Notes under the pieces: model-generated
Told to the model about the DNA's origin: nothing
What the model saw: only the letters and a program-made list of their open reading frames with translations
Database searches by the model: none
Source of the DNA: Candidatus Latescibacterota bacterium
GTDB taxonomy: Bacteria > Latescibacterota > UBA2968 > UBA8231
Reading direction: 5' to 3'
Assembly (NCBI GenBank): GCA_965248265.1
Contig: CBDFJF010000002.1
Span: 1,696,001-1,760,000 of the forward strand
DNA: 64,000 nucleotides
Made by a program: the position numbers and the translations under genes
Shown here: positions 59,002 to 64,000 of the stretch, piece by piece
How the letters are laid out: each line of letters opens with the position of its first letter
Position numbering within the stretch: position 1 is the first letter of the stretch

Positions 59002-60419
59002 AACCACGAATCCTGATTGTGGATGACGAACCTGCAGCCCGCCACAGTCTCGAACGGGCTCTGGGTCCACTAGACTGCAAGATCGTCGAAGCGGAGGACG
59101 GAGTCGCCGCACTGGCGGCGATTGAGCAATCCGATCCCGACCTGGTGATCTGCGACCTTCAGATGCCAAAGATGGATGGGATCGCGCTGATGAAGGTACT
59201 TGGCAAAAGACCGAATGCGCCCCCCGTCATCATGATCACGGCCTATGGATCGGAACGGATCGCGGTTGAAGCGATGAAGACCGGCGCACACGACTATCTC
59301 AGCAAACCCTATGAGGTGGATGAGCTGAGATGCATTGTCGAGAATGCTCTTGAGACGGTCCGGCTGAGACGAGAGAACCTGGCCCTGCGCACTGAACTTG
59401 AGCAACGCTCCGGATTCGGAATGTTGAGCGGCCAGAGTAAGGCAATGGAGGTCGTGTATGACCTGATCGGAAAGGTAGCCGCGACGGACGCCACAGTACT
59501 TATCGGTGGAGAAAATGGCACTGGCAAGGAACTCGTGGCCCGGACCATCCACGCACAGAGCGGTCGTGAAGAGCACTCGTTTGTCGCCATGAGTGCTGCT
59601 GCTCTACCCACTGACCTCATCGAAAGCGAGATGTTCGGACACGAAAAAGGGGCTTTCACCGGGGCAACCGACCGTCGCGCCGGGAAGTTTGAGCTCGCCC
59701 ACAAGGGTACCCTGTTCTTGGACGAGATCGGTGATATGAGTCTCGAAACGCAAGCCAAACTCCTCCGTGTTCTTCAGGAGCGGACCTTCGAACGACTCGG
59801 CGGCAACGAGACCATGACAGTCGACGTCCGGCTCATCAGCGCGACGAACAGGGATCTCCCGGCGGATATCATCGCCGGACGATTCCGCGAGGATCTATAC
59901 TATCGCCTCCATGTCGTGGATATTGTGCTCCCTCCGCTAAGGCATCGGCGCGAGGATATCCCCTCGCTTGTTTATCACTTTCTCAAGCAGTTCAAGCGGC
60001 AACATGGAAAAACCGCCTCGGAGATCCGACCGGAGGTGATGAAGCTCCTGGTCGAGCATTCGTGGCCCGGGAATGTCCGCCAGCTCATGAATGTGGTCGA
60101 GCGAGCCGTCATCCTTGCGGACGGATCCGATGTGACGGAGGAGGTTCTGCCGCTGGAAATCCGGACTGGTTCCGAGCACGCAGAGGCTGGTCTTTCTACT
60201 TGGCGCGAAGGCATCTCGTTTCAGGAAGCAAAACACGAGGTTGTGCATTCCTTCGAGACTGAATTCATTTGTGCGGCACTGGAACGCTGCGGCGGTAACA
60301 TCAGTCGTGCCGCGTCGGCCGTGGGCATGAAACGACAAGCGCTGCAGCAGAAGATTAAGGAGTTGGGGATCAACCCCGATGCCTATAGGCAGCAACAGCA
60401 GTCGGACGTGAACCCATGA
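58998..60419 (+). CDS. Sigma54-dependent NtrC-family response regulator
   Basis: Receiver (VDDE, DLQMP), GENGTGKE, intact GAFTGA, LFLDEIG, WPGNVRQL, Fis-type HTH. Confidence 0.95.
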   Translation: MKPRILIVDDEPAARHSLERALGPLDCKIVEAEDGVAALAAIEQSDPDLVICDLQMPKMDGIALMKVLGKRPNAPPVIMITAYGSERIAVEAMKTGAHDYLSKPYEVDELRCIVENALETVRLRRENLALRTELEQRSGFGMLSGQSKAMEVVYDLIGKVAATDATVLIGGENGTGKELVARTIHAQSGREEHSFVAMSAAALPTDLIESEMFGHEKGAFTGATDRRAGKFELAHKGTLFLDEIGDMSLETQAKLLRVLQERTFERLGGNETMTVDVRLISATNRDLPADIIAGRFREDLYYRLHVVDIVLPPLRHRREDIPSLVYHFLKQFKRQHGKTASEIRPEVMKLLVEHSWPGNVRQLMNVVERAVILADGSDVTEEVLPLEIRTGSEHAEAGLSTWREGISFQEAKHEVVHSFETEFICAALERCGGNISRAASAVGMKRQALQQKIKELGINPDAYRQQQQSDVNP

Positions 60420-61387
60420 GACCAGAGTGGGTCCTCATTGCCAACCCCACCGCTGGTAGCGGCCGGGCTGTCAGGGTGGCTGGCAAGGTGGCCAAATCCC
60501 TGGAGCGGGCCGGACTGCAGGCCAGGATCGAGATCACTCGGCAGCGTGGAGATGCCCCGGAATTGGCCAGACAGGCACTCGATAGAAGGGCCGGCCGCAT
60601 CATCGTCTGTGGCGGTGACGGTACGATCAACGAACTTCTGCCCGTCCTCAGTGGACGACCTGCGCCACCCCTCGGTATCATCCCCTGTGGCTCCTGCAAC
60701 GACCTCGCCCTGGCCCTTGAGATTCCCCGCCGGATTGAGTCCGCTGTGCAGGTCCTTCTCGATGGGACGACGGCGACAGTCGATCTGGCCAGAGTGGGCG
60801 ATCGTCTGTTTGCTACAGTTGCTGGTTGCGGCTTCGACGCCGAGGTCGGCCAGACCGCCAGGACTGGGTGGCTGTCCGGCACATCCGGGTATCTCTGGGC
60901 AACACTCCATTGCCTCGGGCGCTTCAGGCCACCGCGAATGAAGATCAGCGGTGAGTTTGGCACTGTGGAAGATAACGTCTTTCTCGTCGCGACTGGCAAT
61001 ACAAGCAGCTACGGTGGCGGCATGCGAATCGTACCGGATGCCGATCCCTTTGACGGCAAACTCGACATCTGCATCGTTCGCCCGATCGCGGGTTGGACGG
61101 TCCTCCACATGCTCAGCCGCGTATTCCGTGGCGGTCACATCAGCCACCCCGCCGTACAGATTGAGCGTTCTTCTTGGGTCACAATCGAAGGTACCACCTC
61201 CATGGAGCATCAGCTTTTCGGCGACGGCGAAGACCTGACGACGACGCCATGTACGATCAAGGCAGAGGCCGGGGCCATCGATGTTAGCCTGCCCAAATCG
61301 GAGTCCTGTAGCCGCCCGCTTGCGTCGGGGACCGTCTTACTCCATGCCCATCCAAAAAACGCATCTGCTCAGCAACTCGGTCTTTGA
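60416..61387 (+). CDS. Diacylglycerol/lipid kinase family (YegS/DagK-like)
   Basis: NPTAGSG, GGDGT.NE, P.GS.ND.A, YGGG, DGE; ATGA overlap with the regulator. Confidence 0.92.
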   Translation: MRPEWVLIANPTAGSGRAVRVAGKVAKSLERAGLQARIEITRQRGDAPELARQALDRRAGRIIVCGGDGTINELLPVLSGRPAPPLGIIPCGSCNDLALALEIPRRIESAVQVLLDGTTATVDLARVGDRLFATVAGCGFDAEVGQTARTGWLSGTSGYLWATLHCLGRFRPPRMKISGEFGTVEDNVFLVATGNTSSYGGGMRIVPDADPFDGKLDICIVRPIAGWTVLHMLSRVFRGGHISHPAVQIERSSWVTIEGTTSMEHQLFGDGEDLTTTPCTIKAEAGAIDVSLPKSESCSRPLASGTVLLHAHPKNASAQQLGL

Positions 61388-61608
61388 TCAGCTTTAGTCT
61401 TCGCTTGAGAGCCGATTGCTCCAGCTGTTACCGCAGATGGGAAGCAATCTTGGTAATCAAGCGTTCACTTTGGGGCAAGGAGCAAAATTAAAGTGCAAAA
61501 CCATCGCTGAAGAGACAATGACGTCCCCCTCTTGGTGATATGTGTCACAGTACCACGACGCGCAGCAAGTAGGTTTGACACCTAACCTCTAACCTGGCTG
61601 GTGTAATT

Positions 61609-62454
61609 GTGAACGGGGAGCAGCTAGATCCTCTGGTAGCTCAGTACTTTCAAGAAATCGAAAATTCTGTAGGACTTCCCAGCAAGACTGAAATTGTCCT
61701 TGCACAGCGTATTCAAAGCGGTGATGCGCATGCTCTGGGGCTATTGGTCAAAGCGAATCTTCGATTTGTTGTGAAGATCGCCAAAGACTATAGAGAGAAA
61801 GGTCTGCCGTTTTCCGATGTTGTTAGTGCAGGAAATCTGGGATTGATTATCGCGGCGAAGCGCTTTGACGGTACGAAGGGGTTCAAGTTCACGTCCTATG
61901 CTGTCTGGTGGATCCGACAGTCTATCCTATTGGCTCTAGCTGAGCAACCTAGAATAGTCCGATTGCCATTGAACAAGATCCATGAATTGTCTCAGTTCAA
62001 TAGAGTTGTGAGCACATTAGAGCAGAAATTAGGTTGCGCGCCTGTCTTGAGCGCCGTTGCTGAGGAGATGGTGGTCAAAATTGAAGATCTGAACACTCTT
62101 CTCATTCGAGCGAAGTCCCCTAAATCGTTAGATCAGCCATGTGACAACGAAGTCTCAAAGGCATGTCTCATCGACCGGATCATAGACGACTCAGCAGTCA
62201 CTGACGTGGGGTTGCTTCAGGCCGAGTTGAGAGAGCAGATTGTTGGTGCCATGAGTACTCTGACGGAGCGAGAAGCTGAAGTGATCAGCCGACATTACGG
62301 CCTCAATGGGTATGAGCCAATGACGCTGCATGAAATTGGTATCACGTTCGGTCGATCGCGTGAAAGGATCCGACAAATCAAGGAGAAGGCATTAAAGGTG
62401 CTGAGACGTTCGTTCAAAAGAGCTGGAGTTTCTGATTCGGACAAAGACATCTGA
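61609..62454 (+). CDS. Sigma70-family RNA polymerase sigma factor (RpoD-like, no region 1.1)
   Basis: LVKANLRFVV.IAK.Y, KRFD..KGFKFTSYAVWWIRQ, VRLP, region 4.2 SRERIRQI.EKAL; lower GC than flanking genes. Confidence 0.92.
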   Translation: MNGEQLDPLVAQYFQEIENSVGLPSKTEIVLAQRIQSGDAHALGLLVKANLRFVVKIAKDYREKGLPFSDVVSAGNLGLIIAAKRFDGTKGFKFTSYAVWWIRQSILLALAEQPRIVRLPLNKIHELSQFNRVVSTLEQKLGCAPVLSAVAEEMVVKIEDLNTLLIRAKSPKSLDQPCDNEVSKACLIDRIIDDSAVTDVGLLQAELREQIVGAMSTLTEREAEVISRHYGLNGYEPMTLHEIGITFGRSRERIRQIKEKALKVLRRSFKRAGVSDSDKDI

Positions 62455-62557
62455 GATCCCTGCCGAGATAGGTGTGCAAAAAGAGAAGGGATGAATGTAC
62501 AAATGGTGAGGAGCTTGATGGCGGTGTAACCTCTCTCGTGGTGATGCAAGTCTAAGG

Positions 62558-62809
62558 TTGTTTGTTGCTAGAGTGTCTCAAGTGAAAATTTTCAGTCAGT
62601 CTGAGAAAAATCTCTTCTTCACTCAAGAGAGGAATGTCATACAGTGGTATCTGGAGAGCGGGGCGTGGCAATATCGGAGTGTACAGAAGCCGGACGGTCG
62701 CCTGCTGGCGGAAGGGTCTGCGAGGCAGGTAATGGATGAGCTTAAGAGCTCTTTACCTCCTGATCTTCAAGACCAAATCAAAGGCTTCTATTGGCTGCGC
62801 GAAGTTTGA
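62558..62809 (+). CDS. Hypothetical small protein
   Basis: Open frame of 83 aa in the low-GC region; start uncertain (could be GTG at 62582). Confidence 0.4.
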   Translation: MFVARVSQVKIFSQSEKNLFFTQERNVIQWYLESGAWQYRSVQKPDGRLLAEGSARQVMDELKSSLPPDLQDQIKGFYWLREV

Positions 62810-63140
62810 CCAACGAACTCGATAGTTGGCGCCCTGGGGATCGCTGAATCGCGTTGGACAGCCATACAGATTCATGAGGAGAGCTGACCATTCGCTTCGA
62901 ACGCCTCGAGGCAAACTTTTGGCCATTGAACGCCGCAACCCTACCGCATCTTGTCGCCCTCCCGGACACCTGACTTTGCCTTAAAATCCAGAAGATGCGC
63001 ACAAACGTCCCGTAGTAGTACGGAGCCGAGTGCACTTCGTTGTCTCTTTAATCGGATATTTACAGAATTTGTAGGTGCAAACCTAGGAAATGACTTGGTT
63101 ATGACTATCGATTTGGGTTGATTTTCTGAAGATAGGGAGG

Positions 63141-63210
63141 ATCATCAGGGGTGCCCGAGGTTTCGAAACCCTTCGAACCTGAACTGGGTAATGCAAGCGG
63201 AGGGAGATAG
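63141..63210 (+). ncRNA. TPP-riboswitch-like aptamer (variant or degenerate)
   Basis: GGGGTGC...ACCCTTCGAACCTGAACTGGGTAATGCAAGCGGAGGGA matches the TPP consensus 5' start and 3' half. P3 is missing and CTGAGA is replaced by CCGAGG. Confidence 0.72.
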
Positions 63211-63237
63211 GCAGTGACATAAAATGTTTGCGTGACC

Positions 63238-63273
63238 GCGCCGCTTTCCCAACGGGAAGATGGCGCTTCTTTC
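63238..63273 (+). terminator. Intrinsic terminator / riboswitch expression platform
   Basis: GCGCC-GC-TTTCCC-AAC-GGGAAG-AT-GGCGC hairpin followed by TTCTTTC. Confidence 0.65.
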
Positions 63274-63353
63274 ATGTAAAATGCAATATGAAAAGAGTGG
63301 GAGTGGAGCACTCGTATTTTGATGGTTGTTAAGAAACGGAGGCAGATGATAGC

Positions 63354-63581
63354 ATGGAAGCAGGAGCTATGGTTGCCGCTCTGGTGATGATACTTATGGT
63401 GGTTGTGGGGAAGATCGTTACAAGTAGATTGCTGGGTTTTATGGAGGGCCAAATTGCTAATAGGGAAGTTGATTCGAAAGACAAGGGTATCTTGATGGCT
63501 GATGAGCACTTCAAGCTAATAGTCCATGTAAACGGTGAAGGAGACCTCCATGGAAAAAAGCGACCTGGCGCGCCGGATTAA
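63354..63581 (+). CDS. Hypothetical small single-TM protein
   Basis: GGAGG upstream; hydrophobic segment MVAALVMILMVVVG. Confidence 0.4.
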   Translation: MEAGAMVAALVMILMVVVGKIVTSRLLGFMEGQIANREVDSKDKGILMADEHFKLIVHVNGEGDLHGKKRPGAPD

Positions 63582-63750
63582 GGCGGCCAAAGGAGATATG
63601 GTCAAGTTCGATCGATCTGCTCTACTGAAGATCTGGGGCATGCTACTCAACCAGGATGAGCTCGTAGAGAGAGTCAGACGGTTCTGCCTCGAGCACGGAT
63701 TCGAATGGCGGATCGACGATGTGACCAAAGAGTTTCGGATTCGTTCCTGA
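63550..63750 (+). CDS. Hypothetical small protein (66 aa)
   Basis: Strong AAGGAG RBS before the ATG at 63550; protein-like composition. Confidence 0.55.
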   Translation: MEKSDLARRIKAAKGDMVKFDRSALLKIWGMLLNQDELVERVRRFCLEHGFEWRIDDVTKEFRIRS

Positions 63751-64000
63751 ATTGAGGGCGGTTGTGTTTCATAACGATGGACCAACCTCCCCCGCGCGTC
63801 GCACGACTTAGCATAAAATCTAAAAATAGCCAAAACCCAAAACACAGCTTGTGCTCTCTCGTCTGGGAGGTTTTCCTGTCGCCGTCAGATGCTCGATCTC
63901 CTCCAGGTGCTCTATCCAGCCGAGCAGGTTTCTGAGTGTCAGCGATGACTCCCCCATCCGAGCCAGGTCCGTTTACGCTTCCCAATGGTACGACGGCGGT

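Overview
64-kb bacterial chromosomal segment, mostly high-GC (spot counts about 60-70%). It is dominated by small-molecule catabolic paralogues: 4 PhyH-type Fe/2OG dioxygenases, 3 enolase-superfamily dehydratases, 2 Gfo/Idh/MocA oxidoreductases, 3 amidohydrolases and a TRAP transporter. It also encodes ASPIC/UnbV FG-GAP proteins. This gene content suggests a Latescibacterota/Gemmatimonadota/Poribacteria-like Gram-negative heterotroph (inference only). Notable elements: (i) a complete 2-hydroxyisobutyryl-CoA mutase cassette (hcmB-hcl-meaH-hcmA, 40.9-45.4 kb) with the diagnostic Ile/Asp active-site residues; (ii) a sigma54-promoter-led envelope gene run (50.7-61.4 kb): two LPP20/FlgP-like proteins, a putative beta-barrel, a triple CsgG/FlgO-like protein, a GAF sensor kinase, an NtrC-type activator and a lipid kinase, with one gene cleanly split by an intact IS3-family element; (iii) a lower-GC tail (61.4-64 kb) with an extra sigma70 factor and a TPP-riboswitch-like RNA that lacks P3 and the UGAGA motif, followed by a terminator and small unknown ORFs; (iv) unusual fusions and possible pseudo-enzymes (5'-nucleotidase plus beta-barrel, CuA-less COX-II-like lipoprotein, His-less stand-alone DHp protein, CPA2-EIIA); (v) several deletion scars. 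No rRNA, tRNA or CRISPR array was seen. All calls come from reading motifs by eye; no database searches were run.
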